Below, piece after piece: positions 19,370 to 28,991 of a stretch of DNA of 64,000 bases. The notes under the pieces are model-generated. The model had not been told where the DNA came from. It ran no database searches and saw only the letters and a list, made by a program, of their open reading frames with translations. Origin of the DNA: a virus. The stretch spans positions 25,684-89,683 of IMG/VR virus record IMGVR_UViG_3300040751_002893; one strand, given 5' to 3'. The translations under genes were made by a program, and so were the position numbers. The number at the start of each line of letters is the position of its first letter. The first letter of the stretch is position 1.

Positions 19370-20467
19370 TTATTTTCGGAACATTCCGAGGTCTACTATT
19401 ACTATATCACCAGTTTGAGGGCGAATCATGACATTTTTGTCATGCATATCATATGCACCAAGACCAGTAATGTCTTTTAGGTCACTTATTGCCTTTTTGA
19501 TGCTTTCTATTTCTTTGAAAACTTTCCATTGCTCTTCAAACTCTGGTCCTTTATCTTCCCAGCCACTCCATCTGTCACCAGAGCCATCCTTAAGTCCAAC
19601 TGGGGAGTTTTTTCTAAACCACTCTATCCAATATGCAATTATATTCTCATGATATTGTGCAAAAAGCATTTTATTTTCATGTTGAAACAAAGCGTCTAAC
19701 TGTTCGATGATAAAGGTTAGCATCCATGGAGCACTTTGAAACATTTCTTTAGTTTTACCTGTTCTCCAGTTATTTATGTATGTTAATGCTGTATCAGATA
19801 ATGGAAGGATGTTTAAAAGCTGCAATGCTTTTTCGCTATATTCTTTATTGGAGACATATGAATCTAAATAAGTGAAAAATTTCTTCATAGGAGTCATTAA
19901 AAAGTCTAATTCTGGCCTCATATAGTTGTAAAACTGCTGTATAATAGAGTCTTGTGACTCTTTATCTTTAAACATCATATAGTATCTGTTTTCACGACTC
20001 CTGAAAGTTGAATCATAATCCGCAGCAACCTCTTTTTCATCCTCGGATGGTCTTAGTGCTGTGTTTAGACCGCCAAAAAGCATACTAATCATTTCATGTT
20101 GTAGTCCTTGCTCTACGCCTAGAATTTCCATTATGATTAATGTAATATCTGGGTGTGAATTTTCATCTATATAATAAACTTCAGGAAAATGTTTTTTGAT
20201 ATTTGGAGATTTACTTCTGGCATCGTTAACTATTCTATAGTTTTCTGCCTCTCTTTGAGTATTGTAATCAGAAGAATCTAAAATCTTAATAGCAACAGGG
20301 CCGTATTCGTCAGATATACCCTCTACTACTAAGCCATAACGCCCCTCTCCTAATTTTTTTCCGATGTCAATATTATATTTCGATGACAATATAGGAGATG
20401 CTTGCTGTTCTTTTGTGCTTTGTTGAGATACTGACTCTGATAGTAGTTTTTTAATCTTTATTTTCAT
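19370..20467 (-). CDS. Ser/Thr protein kinase-like protein
   Basis: LGEGRYGLV, VAIK, alphaC Glu, YDMHDKNVM and IVDLG. Confidence 0.75.
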   Translation of the reverse strand: MKIKIKKLLSESVSQQSTKEQQASPILSSKYNIDIGKKLGEGRYGLVVEGISDEYGPVAIKILDSSDYNTQREAENYRIVNDARSKSPNIKKHFPEVYYIDENSHPDITLIIMEILGVEQGLQHEMISMLFGGLNTALRPSEDEKEVAADYDSTFRSRENRYYMMFKDKESQDSIIQQFYNYMRPELDFLMTPMKKFFTYLDSYVSNKEYSEKALQLLNILPLSDTALTYINNWRTGKTKEMFQSAPWMLTFIIEQLDALFQHENKMLFAQYHENIIAYWIEWFRKNSPVGLKDGSGDRWSGWEDKGPEFEEQWKVFKEIESIKKAISDLKDITGLGAYDMHDKNVMIRPQTGDIVIVDLGMFRK

Positions 20468-20471
20468 TTAT

Positions 20472-20891
20472 TTATCCTTTTTGTTGATCTTGACTGCGAA
20501 AATATGGACTTGGTTTGAAGTTTTGAAGTCCTTGGCGTGTATATCTTATACGAACATAGCGTTTATGTCCTTCAGGAGAGCGTTCATGAGGTATTTGACC
20601 GCTTCCTGCACCCATCATAGCACCAGAAGTTGAATATAATTCATCAATTTTTTTGGAATGCTCTGTATCTTTGCACATTTCTTCTGCTTCTTTCTTTGAT
20701 AGACCTTCTGGTCGCTCATCTGCTGGCTTATCCATCATAGCACACATGTATTTTCTTTGCTTTTCGCTGGAAACTTCTTCCAGATCTTCTCTAGGAGCAC
20801 CAGCAACTGCACCAGCACCCATAGCAGACATTTCATCTAACTTTTTTTTCTTTATAATTCTTATTTTCACTTTAATTTTACCCCAGACCAC
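20472..20891 (-). CDS. Hypothetical protein
   Basis: LDEMSAMGAGAVAG; SEKQRKYMCA. Start uncertain. Confidence 0.55.
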   Translation of the reverse strand: MVWGKIKVKIRIIKKKKLDEMSAMGAGAVAGAPREDLEEVSSEKQRKYMCAMMDKPADERPEGLSKKEAEEMCKDTEHSKKIDELYSTSGAMMGAGSGQIPHERSPEGHKRYVRIRYTRQGLQNFKPSPYFRSQDQQKG

Positions 20892-21436
20892 AGTCTAAAA
20901 CTGACTTGCTCAAAAGAAGTGTTGAAAATTCTGTATGGTATCTCCCATTTCAGAGGCATTTCTTCTTTTGGTTTATGAAACCCACCTTCAAATACTGTTA
21001 TCTCTTGCTGTTTTATCCAATTTATCACTTTTTTGTTGGATATTTCGGCCGATGTTATGACTTGACCGTTCTTACCATAGAGAGTTTGAGACACCAATCC
21101 CTCTTCTTCGTTCAAGTGGAGAACAGTTCTTACATAATAATGGTTATTCTTGACAGAACACATCAACGGATCGTCATTGTAGTCACAATTATCTTTCTTA
21201 TATTTGATTGTGTCTTTGTTGTATACCAATGCATTACCAGAATCACCAATCATTTCCCAACCATATTGAGATTTGACTTTAGCAAATTTAACATGACGGG
21301 AAACATTGGCGAAAGGAAGCTCAGAGGAGGTCGAATTAACAACTCTTGTACCATTAGAGTATGTTTCTAAAGGAGATACATAAACGATGACCTCTTGAGC
21401 TATAACAAGGGAGAATAATGAAAGTAGTAGTAACAT
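20867..21436 (-). CDS. Secreted hypothetical protein
   Basis: Signal-peptide-like MLLLLSLFSLVIA. Confidence 0.55.
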   Translation of the reverse strand: MLLLLSLFSLVIAQEVIVYVSPLETYSNGTRVVNSTSSELPFANVSRHVKFAKVKSQYGWEMIGDSGNALVYNKDTIKYKKDNCDYNDDPLMCSVKNNHYYVRTVLHLNEEEGLVSQTLYGKNGQVITSAEISNKKVINWIKQQEITVFEGGFHKPKEEMPLKWEIPYRIFNTSFEQVSFRLWSGVKLK

Positions 21437-21443
21437 GCAATAA

Positions 21444-22376
21444 CTAGTAATAATATGCTATTTCAACCAATGACTCTTCGGGAGGAACAGTTAAAAAATA
21501 AACTCTGTTTTCTTGGACATTATATTCCCAATCTGGCCACAAAACTCCATCAACAAACACTGTAATGCTTGCTTGAACAGTTGGAGTCATGCTGAGATCA
21601 TACCATTCAGCCAATTGAAGTTGATTTGAAGCATCAGCAACACCCTGAGACCAGTCTTCCGAGCATATATCGATTATCTGTCCTGCATATAGGTTTGTCA
21701 AATCCATATATCTATTACCAACATTATGACTGTAAGTGTTGCAAAGACTATCATCGATTGCAACATTAACAATAGAAGAGATGTATACATGTTCTCGGTA
21801 AGAGTCAAGCCATAATGAGAACATATTTAACATTGGAAACATTGTGTTTGACTGTTCTTCTTCATCGGACACAAATACAATCAACAAAGAGGCATCATCT
21901 CTCATCCAATTCTGCGAGTCTGGATTATCAACGATATAATTATATACACTTTCGAAACCTTTCTCTTGGCTGCCTATAACATTATCTGAGAACATAACAA
22001 GAGCATCCATTGTTGTATCACCCGGTAACAAGGGGAATGAAGTTAAGATTTGACTATGAAATGGACTCATCGATATTATCATAAGCCTCCAACTTACATT
22101 AGGTAGATTGTTCATCATATCATCGATACCAATTAAGACCTTATCGTAGTCATCTTGCATTGACCCTGAGCCGTCAATAACCCATATAATGTCAACACCA
22201 TTTGATAGTTTTGGTTGAGAAAATGAATCGACCCATATTGGCTCTGCCTCCCCAGAGTCAACCTCCCCCGGAATATAGTTGTCTTGAATATAAACGTATT
22301 CGATTTGAGTATCCGCTTTCTCGTAAGTCAAGAAATGATCGGATAGACACCCCCATAGATATAATAATAACCACAT
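21444..22376 (-). CDS. VWA-domain lipoprotein
   Basis: Lipobox-like LWGC; MIDAS DGSGS; IVFVSDEEE. Confidence 0.7.
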   Translation of the reverse strand: MWLLLYLWGCLSDHFLTYEKADTQIEYVYIQDNYIPGEVDSGEAEPIWVDSFSQPKLSNGVDIIWVIDGSGSMQDDYDKVLIGIDDMMNNLPNVSWRLMIISMSPFHSQILTSFPLLPGDTTMDALVMFSDNVIGSQEKGFESVYNYIVDNPDSQNWMRDDASLLIVFVSDEEEQSNTMFPMLNMFSLWLDSYREHVYISSIVNVAIDDSLCNTYSHNVGNRYMDLTNLYAGQIIDICSEDWSQGVADASNQLQLAEWYDLSMTPTVQASITVFVDGVLWPDWEYNVQENRVYFLTVPPEESLVEIAYYY

Positions 22377-22454
22377 AACATAAAACCCTCCTATAGTAAC
22401 TAGGAAGGCATTTATCTAAGCGGAGCATCGCGCCCTAAATTTTTCTACTTTTAT

Positions 22455-22952
22455 CTAGTAATTAATTAAAAAATTAAAAAATCTTTCAAATTGTTCTTCA
22501 GTGCCGTATGTTAATAGAAATTTTTCCAAAGTCATCTCAGGTAAGACTTCACCACCAGCCCAAAATTCTAAAGGCTTTGAATTTGCTTTTTTTCTAATCC
22601 ATGGGGAATATTTTGTGCAAGACATCCACATCTCAATTAAACCATCGACTTGTTGCGGTTTTATAGCAGACCAGTCAGGGGCTTCTATCGTCATTAAATA
22701 AGCATTTGATACTTTAATCCAGCCATCAGGTGTCCAATCTAAACCTACACTTTCTAAATAATCCCCATGCGTATATGCAACATTTATTCTTTTTTGGTAT
22801 TCGGTCGCAAATGATTCTAAATCTATAAAGTTTCCTTCCAGATCTATAAAGCCGAGAGAGTGAACAGCGCAAGAATCTCTATCAACTTCTTTAAGGGCTT
22901 TGCGAAGTTCTTCTTTTATGATTTGTTTTATTTGTTTGTTCGTTAATTTCAT
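22455..22952 (-). CDS. MKLT-motif protein
   Basis: MKLTNKQIKQIIKEELRKALKE. Confidence 0.7.
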   Translation of the reverse strand: MKLTNKQIKQIIKEELRKALKEVDRDSCAVHSLGFIDLEGNFIDLESFATEYQKRINVAYTHGDYLESVGLDWTPDGWIKVSNAYLMTIEAPDWSAIKPQQVDGLIEMWMSCTKYSPWIRKKANSKPLEFWAGGEVLPEMTLEKFLLTYGTEEQFERFFNFLINY

Positions 22953-22974
22953 GGTATTTAATTTTTATTAATTT

Positions 22975-23346
22975 TTAAAAAGGAGGTTCTTCGTCGATCT
23001 CTTTTTGGTCATATCCTTGGTATTCAAACTTAATATCTTCGGCTATATTTATCAACCGCTCCAATCCGGACATTCCACGAGACTCTTGGTATTCATATAT
23101 AGCATCCGCCAACATGTCAACAAGTTGTTTTCTATGTGAGTCTTTGTGGTCTCCGAGGATTGACCTTTCATTATGTAATATAATAGCATTTTTTTTCATG
23201 GTGCTCATTATGGTTTGATAATTTGCAGTCATTGCAGCAGACAAGATATCATCAATAAAATCAAGCATAGGGTTACGAACTTCGTTAAGGACTTTGCGAA
23301 GTTCTTCGTTGATAATTTGTCTTAGTAAATTTTTGCTTATATTCAT
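22975..23346 (-). CDS. MKLT-motif protein
   Basis: MNISKNLLRQIINEELRKVLNE. Confidence 0.7.
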   Translation of the reverse strand: MNISKNLLRQIINEELRKVLNEVRNPMLDFIDDILSAAMTANYQTIMSTMKKNAIILHNERSILGDHKDSHRKQLVDMLADAIYEYQESRGMSGLERLINIAEDIKFEYQGYDQKEIDEEPPF

Positions 23347-23681
23347 CGATATCTCTTCCAAGAAAACGCTTTGCGACGCACGGGGTATGTTGGGTCCTGA
23401 TCGTTGGCGTAAGCCTCTTTTTCAAACGGAATATTGCGATATGCGCCATGAAATGACCTGAACTTCCATAGGCCAACAAGCCAATACCAGACATACAGTA
23501 AATAAAACCCAATCAACAATAATTCGCGTTGCTGATGAAGGTGGATTATCTCATGTGTTTTTGTGCGCTGATCCAATTCGCCTTTGCAAATGATAAACGG
23601 ATAGAGCGTTATCGCCCATATGTTTATAAACAGCGAAAGCGCTTGGGGTATGCGGCTATTTTCTATAATATAAAACTTCAT
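23343..23681 (-). CDS. HEXXH membrane-associated protein
   Basis: THEIIHLHQQ, a hydrophobic segment and NIPFEKEAY. Confidence 0.6.
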   Translation of the reverse strand: MKFYIIENSRIPQALSLFINIWAITLYPFIICKGELDQRTKTHEIIHLHQQRELLLIGFYLLYVWYWLVGLWKFRSFHGAYRNIPFEKEAYANDQDPTYPVRRKAFSWKRYR

Positions 23682-24095
23682 TTATTCTAAAGCTTTGCCG
23701 CTTTTAATGTTCGCAATGTATTCTTCTGTTTTTTCTATAGCATCTTGTATTTGCTTGTCATACATCAAACCTCTTTCTGAGTCTGGCATGTCTTCTTTTT
23801 GTTTACGAAGCTGTTGTAGGGTTTTTTCTGCATCTGCAAGATTCATTTTTCCTTTCTGTGAAGCTTCAGGGCGACCTGGGCTCATTCGTTCATCAGGAGG
23901 AAGCATGCCTCTACTTTTAAACTCATCTTCAATATCGCGCAACGTTCCAAATGATCTTGGGTCATCATCATAAGCATAGATATCATGTTGCTGCTTAAGT
24001 TCATCATCAGATAAGCCTTTAAGATTCATTTCTTTTAGAACAACTTGAAGCTCTTCCTTGATAAGTTGCTTAAGTGTTTGGTTTGTTAATTTCAT
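23682..24095 (-). CDS. MKLT-motif protein
   Basis: MKLTNQTLKQLIKEELQVVLKE. Confidence 0.7.
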   Translation of the reverse strand: MKLTNQTLKQLIKEELQVVLKEMNLKGLSDDELKQQHDIYAYDDDPRSFGTLRDIEDEFKSRGMLPPDERMSPGRPEASQKGKMNLADAEKTLQQLRKQKEDMPDSERGLMYDKQIQDAIEKTEEYIANIKSGKALE

Positions 24096-24169
24096 TTGTA
24101 TATCTCCTTGAAACTCGGAAATTTTTTCCCGATTTTTTTTTACACCTTAATTAGTCCTCCACTACATAA

Positions 24170-24330
24170 AGAGCCCACCCCCTTAAAAACCCAAATCTGG
24201 AAATTTTCTGTGTGTGGCGCGGGTGTATCTGGCCGCCGGCCGAAAAGCTAGGTTCTAAGCCACTTATTTCAAATCGGTATGCTCTAGGGGCAGGAGGAGG
24301 GGGACCCCCCCCTGCGCGAAAACGCGCTTT
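24170..24330. other. GC-rich non-coding boundary with hairpins
   Basis: GGCCGCCGGCCG, GCAGG..GGGGGACCCCCCCCTGC and GCGCGAAAACGCGC in an otherwise AT-rich sequence. Confidence 0.45.
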
Positions 24331-24336
24331 GAACCT

Positions 24337-24858
24337 TTATTTTTTTCGGCGGCCAAAAAGCGTTCTGTCTTTGGGTGCGATGAAAACGTCGTTACAAGCT
24401 ACGTTATCGTGGTTGCGGTATTGCACTTCACCGAAGAGCGCGCGATAGTGACGTAGATAGTGCTCATTCACCTTGACCGAATAGGTAGACACCCACTGCC
24501 AGTTCCTAGTAGCGTAGGACTTGAATAGGCCACGAAGAGCCATGCGGAGGTCATGGCGGATACGAGAAAACTTGTCACCCGCTGCGGCCATGGTCTCCTT
24601 ACGGGGCACGTAGGTAGGGTCGACGAGGAGAATGGAGGTCATAAGCCGACTTTCGATGGTCTCCCAATACTCGTCACAGGCAGCGTAGACGGTATCTAGG
24701 TCGGACTGTGCGTAGACTTTGTGCCTCAAACCTACATTTTGCCACACTTGATATGCGGTCATCTTGTGGAGGTTGCCGCTGTGCGCTGATACTGTGTGCG
24801 TGTGCTTGATGTATTGAACGGACTTGAGAGGGATAAAGAGAGGATTGATTGTTTTCAT
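24337..24858 (-). CDS. Hypothetical early-region protein
   Basis: 173-aa ORF. Confidence 0.55.
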   Translation of the reverse strand: MKTINPLFIPLKSVQYIKHTHTVSAHSGNLHKMTAYQVWQNVGLRHKVYAQSDLDTVYAACDEYWETIESRLMTSILLVDPTYVPRKETMAAAGDKFSRIRHDLRMALRGLFKSYATRNWQWVSTYSVKVNEHYLRHYRALFGEVQYRNHDNVACNDVFIAPKDRTLFGRRKK

Positions 24859-24911
24859 AGGTAGATCCTAGGTTATGGAGTAAGTAAGTGAAAAGGTAGG
24901 TTGGAAGCGGC

Positions 24912-25280
24912 TTATTGATCGAGATCGAAACCATCTTCCATGAGGTCAGCAAGAACATCTTCTGGGCAATCTTCAAAAAGCTCCTTTGTACTTGCCTTTT
25001 TGCTCTTGCGCTTTTTAGACTTAGAAGCTGGTTTATCGTAGGTTCCATCATCAATCTGGCGCATAGCGATTTCCATATTGAGTTCTTCGATACCCTCAGC
25101 AAGGTCGTTGTATCGCTGGTTGCTCGCATTGATACGTTCTACCTGTGTTTTCGAAAGACCGTTAAAGTCAGCGATCGTCCAGTCAGTGCGCATACGACGC
25201 GCATTGAACGGATCATTGTCATGAGGACAAACTTTGTCCAGTTGGAGGTGGCAAGAACAAGAAAAGTAACGAATAGACAT
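24912..25280 (-). CDS. Hypothetical early-region protein
   Basis: AGGAG RBS; N-terminal Cys/His cluster; acidic tail. Confidence 0.6.
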   Translation of the reverse strand: MSIRYFSCSCHLQLDKVCPHDNDPFNARRMRTDWTIADFNGLSKTQVERINASNQRYNDLAEGIEELNMEIAMRQIDDGTYDKPASKSKKRKSKKASTKELFEDCPEDVLADLMEDGFDLDQ

Positions 25281-25364
25281 ATTGTCTCCTATAGTGAATG
25301 TTACAGTATATAAACAGAAAAAAAGTGAAAAAAGGACAGGTTTTTGGTGAGAGTCTCGGACAGT

Positions 25365-25718
25365 TTATGACCGCACATTTTTTGGTCTCTCCATCTCAAA
25401 AGTCAGTTTGTCCATAACTGAAACAAGGTGGATTTGAGCGGTTGCAAGGTTCGCACAAGGGATACGAACCCATTGGGTTTTGTCGACGTCTACATCGATT
25501 TCCCAACCTTCGATAATGTAGTTACAACCTGTGTCTTTGATACGACCCCATACACGAGTGTGCTTTGAAGCACCGTTAGAGCGCATTGTGTTCACCCAAA
25601 CGCTGTGAGAAGGGCCAAAGCCGCGTGATTTGGTGATAGATGGGGTTGTAAGTGCGTTATTGGACATAGTGTCTCCTGTGTTGTTAGAAAGTGAGTTAGA
25701 AAGTGTATTTTGAGCCAT
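25365..25718 (-). CDS. Hypothetical early-region protein
   Basis: GGAGG RBS before MAQNTL; an alternative start at MSNNAL is possible. Confidence 0.5.
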   Translation of the reverse strand: MAQNTLSNSLSNNTGDTMSNNALTTPSITKSRGFGPSHSVWVNTMRSNGASKHTRVWGRIKDTGCNYIIEGWEIDVDVDKTQWVRIPCANLATAQIHLVSVMDKLTFEMERPKNVRS

Positions 25719-25989
25719 GTGGCCTCCAGTGTTGTTAGAGAGGTGGTTATTGAAAAGTACGAAGTGATCAAGTCTCATGTGATCTCCTGAAAAGGTAGGT
25801 TAAAGGTGGGTTTATTCAAAAAGAGAAAGGAAATAGAAGAGGCCGATTGAGCCGATAAAAGCAAGGAAAAAAGAAGTGATAGCAATAAGCATTTTTTGTC
25901 TCCGGGTTGTTTTGATTATACTATAATATAACATGGTGAAAAGGGTCAAGTCAAGGTCTCGGACAGTTTGTGACCGGACAGTTTGTGTC

Positions 25990-26190
25990 CTACCATACGA
26001 GCCAGTCATATTGGCGAACAAGCTCTTCAGTTTGGCACTGATCCAAATCATAGGATAAAACTACGTTTTCAAGGGATTGAGCGAACTCTGGTTCTGCGCT
26101 TTCTTCAAGCTCGGAAACCAAGGTTTCAAGTGCTTTTTCGATGAGATCCCACTCTTCGGTGGTGAAATAGTTGTTTATGTTCTGAAGCAT
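25990..26190 (-). CDS. Small acidic hypothetical protein
   Basis: MLQNINN.. after a GAGGA RBS and a promoter. Confidence 0.55.
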   Translation of the reverse strand: MLQNINNYFTTEEWDLIEKALETLVSELEESAEPEFAQSLENVVLSYDLDQCQTEELVRQYDWLVW

Positions 26191-26331
26191 AAATCCTCTG
26201 GGAAAGAAAAAAAAATTTTGAGTGTCGAACCATCCGACATCTATAATATGACCTGTTGGGAGGCTTTTGTCAATATGGGCGGACAACTTTTGACCGGACA
26301 CTTTTTGTCCGGGCTCCGGAGCCTTTAATTT

Positions 26332-26463
26332 GAGTTATGAAAAGTTTTTTTGGCACGCTTTTTGCAATAGAATCATTTTGAGTTATGACAAATAAAATTG
26401 GCACGGATCTTGCAAGGGATATATTTTGAGTTATGAAAAGTTTTTTTGGCACACTTCTTGCAA
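26332..26463 (+). promoter_or_regulatory. Three tandem sigma54 (-24/-12) consensus sites, 48-bp period
   Basis: TGGCACGCTTTTTGCA (26351), TGGCACGGATCTTGCA (26399) and TGGCACACTTCTTGCA (26447), each preceded by GAGTTATG. Confidence 0.8.
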
Positions 26464-26473
26464 GGCCGATTTT

Positions 26474-26492
26474 GAGAATGAGAATCAATATC
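26474..26492. promoter_or_regulatory. Fur-box-like site
   Basis: GAGAATGAGAATCAATATC matches GATAATGATAATCATTATC at 16/19. Confidence 0.55.
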
Positions 26493-26579
26493 AATAGGAT
26501 CTCCGGACAAAAAATGACCGCAAGGAGTTTTATCTCCCTACGGGAGCGACCTTTATTCAAGGCGCACGCAAGGCCGTTT

Positions 26580-26957
26580 TTAGAGCATGCGACGCATGGT
26601 CATTTCGACACTCTCAAAGCCTTTGAGCTTGAATGTGGTGTAGGTTGGATCATGCTGGATGATGGTGTAACCATCTTGATCTGTGAAGATTGCAAAGTCA
26701 TCCTCCGCGCTCAAGTGTGCCTCATTCTGTGCTACCTGTTGCTCACGTGTGAGGTTATTGTATTCCATACACAAGGCCATGAGCCGCTGGTGCTGGAAGT
26801 CGCTCACTGGGAGAGCCATATACACCTTTACGAAGTGCGCATTGGAGATAATGTTCTTATGGCCAATGAGAGAAGAGTCGAGAGTATAGAGAAAATCAGT
26901 AGTTGGGAGAGTAGAGTATTTCATAGTAGTCTCGTTGTTAGTGTTAGATGTAGTCAT
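26580..26957 (-). CDS. Hypothetical early-region protein
   Basis: Likely start MTTSNT after an AGGA RBS. Confidence 0.55.
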   Translation of the reverse strand: MTTSNTNNETTMKYSTLPTTDFLYTLDSSLIGHKNIISNAHFVKVYMALPVSDFQHQRLMALCMEYNNLTREQQVAQNEAHLSAEDDFAIFTDQDGYTIIQHDPTYTTFKLKGFESVEMTMRRML

Positions 26958-27027
26958 GTGTATATCCTGTGGAGGGGTGTAGGGTAGGGGGGTAGTAGTG
27001 TAGTATGTAGGGTGGTAGGCTAGTGGG

Positions 27028-27453
27028 CTACTTGTCGCTGGGGTGATCCATACGACCTGTGCTTGCATAGCCCCAGTTGTATCCGGTGTTTCCATCCGGT
27101 GCATAGCCATGCTCTCGGATACGCTTGTTGTCGGTGATCTCAATGCTTCGCACAATGAGGTTCCCATAGGGATCTTTTGCATAGCCTGTATTGAACTGCG
27201 CCATGAGCATGTTGAACTGGGCTGGGGTAAGCTCAATCTCTACGGAGGAAGCGTTCTTAAGGCAGATGGTGAGTGTGAGGTCACTCTTCTGAGAACGCAT
27301 TACATTGATGTTGTACTCCATGAGTACGGTATCGACTTGCTCTTGGGTGAGGCCATAAGTCTCTTGGACTTCTTCGATAGCGTTGGTTGCAAAGTCACCT
27401 CGGTTGATGAGCTTGGTGAGGAGGTTGAGAGAGTTAAAAATGATTGTGGACAT
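27028..27453 (-). CDS. Hypothetical early-region protein
   Basis: Likely start MSTIIF after GGAG. Confidence 0.55.
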   Translation of the reverse strand: MSTIIFNSLNLLTKLINRGDFATNAIEEVQETYGLTQEQVDTVLMEYNINVMRSQKSDLTLTICLKNASSVEIELTPAQFNMLMAQFNTGYAKDPYGNLIVRSIEITDNKRIREHGYAPDGNTGYNWGYASTGRMDHPSDK

Positions 27454-27599
27454 AGTGTCTCCGAATAAAGGTTTTAGGGGGTTTGGACTTCGGAATGATT
27501 CAGCAGTCTTGAAACTCATTATCTCATTCGTTTTCGTCATATATATAATATAAGCTGTTTTGTTGGTCTTGTCAAATGTGGTGGACAGTTTTTGTCCTA

Positions 27600-27911
27600 C
27601 TAGTGTTCTAAGGGGAATCTGTGGAGGTTTTGATACATGGTTCGGATCTCTCGTATCTGAGCTTTGTCAAGGCCATAGTAGTAAGCCTGAGTCAAGAGAG
27701 AACCATAGAAAGTATCGTCACCATAGTGAAGATCTTCTACAATGTTGTCAAAAGCTTCGATTGTAGCAGTCTCATAGAGGTCTTGCATACACTCCTTGTT
27801 GAAACAGTGCATACAAACTACCTTATCGTCATTGTTTCGGAAGTGTCCAATGTCATCCTCCGGAATGAAGGTAGAGCAATCTGAGCAGTGAATGAAAATA
27901 TTGTGAGCCAT
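27600..27911 (-). CDS. Hypothetical protein with CxxC..CxxC
   Basis: CSDC...CMHC; GGAGG RBS. Confidence 0.6.
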   Translation of the reverse strand: MAHNIFIHCSDCSTFIPEDDIGHFRNNDDKVVCMHCFNKECMQDLYETATIEAFDNIVEDLHYGDDTFYGSLLTQAYYYGLDKAQIREIRTMYQNLHRFPLEH

Positions 27912-28052
27912 GAGGCCTCCAAAAGAATGTTGTTGTCGGTCGTTGCCGATACTTATAGCTTATAGCATTGGAACGATTTTGTCAAATGTGGTGGTCAAAA
28001 TATGTCCGGTCTGGCTCTGAGCGTAGCTCAAACGGAGGTTGGGGTCGGATTT

Positions 28053-28413
28053 GAGTTATGTATATTTTTTTTGGCACACTTCTTGCAAACACGAAAAAAG
28101 TCTTGACACGTTTTTATCTCGCTCTGGGAGCAACCTAAACTCACGCTATCTGTATGGCCGTTTTTGGAGCTTTGAAAAGTCTTGACGCAAAGCTCATTTG
28201 AGTTATGGTAAGAAGTTTTGGCACACCTTTTGCAAGGGATCAAAATGAGAATGAGAATCAAAATCAAAAAGGATTGGGCGCATACGCAAAAAAGCTCTTA
28301 AAAAGAGCTTGGAAAAAATAGGCGATAATCGGAAAGTTTACGGAGTAAAAGGCGTTTTACATGTGGGAGCACTAGTTAGGTATAGGTGCGTGTGTTTTGG
28401 CATGGTTCTTGCT
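28053..28413 (+). promoter_or_regulatory. Second sigma54-site module with Fur-box-like site
   Basis: Sites at 28072, 28219 and 28398; GAGAATGAGAATCAAAATC (15/19 to the Fur box) at 28247-28265. Confidence 0.75.
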
Positions 28414-28514
28414 CTGATACGTCCACATATAAGGCACATTTTCAATACATCCATAACGCACATCCAACAAACATTTTCATAAAGTTTATTTCCTCCACCT
28501 TCTAGCCCATTCGT

Positions 28515-28739
28515 TTACTTGCGTTTGGGCTTTTTTGCACATAGCTTTCCACACGCTCTAGCGGGCTTGGGATTGGCTAGCTGACTATGCACAAGCTGAC
28601 GTTCTCTCATATCCATGAGGACACCAACAAGCTCAAGAGCTTCCAATAGCGTCATATCGCCTACGGCTTTATCAAGTCCGTTATCAATGATTGTGAGGGT
28701 TCTATCTATCAATGTGTCTAGTGTGTTCTGTGTATTCAT
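28515..28739 (-). CDS. Hypothetical protein
   Basis: ORF with AGGA RBS. Confidence 0.5.
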   Translation of the reverse strand: MNTQNTLDTLIDRTLTIIDNGLDKAVGDMTLLEALELVGVLMDMRERQLVHSQLANPKPARACGKLCAKKPKRK

Positions 28740-28762
28740 AGGAAGTTCCTTGGTTTTCGGTT

Positions 28763-28792
28763 GGGGGTAGGGTAGTAGGGTAGTAGGTTAGG
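28763..28792. repeat. 30-bp G-rich repeat, identical copy at 32201-32230
   Basis: GGGGGTAGGGTAGTAGGGTAGTAGGTTAGG; variants at about 26971-27027 and 45914-45952. Confidence 0.85.
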
Positions 28793-28802
28793 GGATAGGA
28801 TA

Positions 28803-28991
28803 CTAGCATGTGAAGTCAATCAGTTCCATGTCAAGATCAAACTCGTTCTGATAGTGATCGAACATATCTTGGTCTATTACTTCGTAACACTCATCTTCCT
28901 TGTTATGGATAAAGAAAGCAACGTAGTTGTAAGATACAGTGTCAAAGTAAAGAGCAGCGTTCTTATAAAAAGAGAAAGTTTTATTTTTCAT
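28803..28991 (-). CDS. Hypothetical acidic protein
   Basis: GGAG RBS. Confidence 0.55.
   Translation of the reverse strand: MKNKTFSFYKNAALYFDTVSYNYVAFFIHNKEDECYEVIDQDMFDHYQNEFDLDMELIDFTC

Noticed and set aside
26371-26386. AATCA..GAGTTA as an IHF site
   Set aside because: The spacing does not fit WATCAA-N4-TTR, so GTTAYG is left unassigned.
26332-26463. 48-bp tandem repeats as a CRISPR array
   Set aside because: Only three units, no unique spacers of CRISPR length and no cas operon. The conserved bases match the sigma54 consensus instead.
26270-28267. Minus-strand ORFs 26270-26560 and 28028-28267 (also 45143-45388) with ARSVPK/ITQN repeats
   Set aside because: They are translations of the sigma54/Fur repeat DNA. 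The same DNA is read in different frames at different loci, so conservation is at the DNA level.
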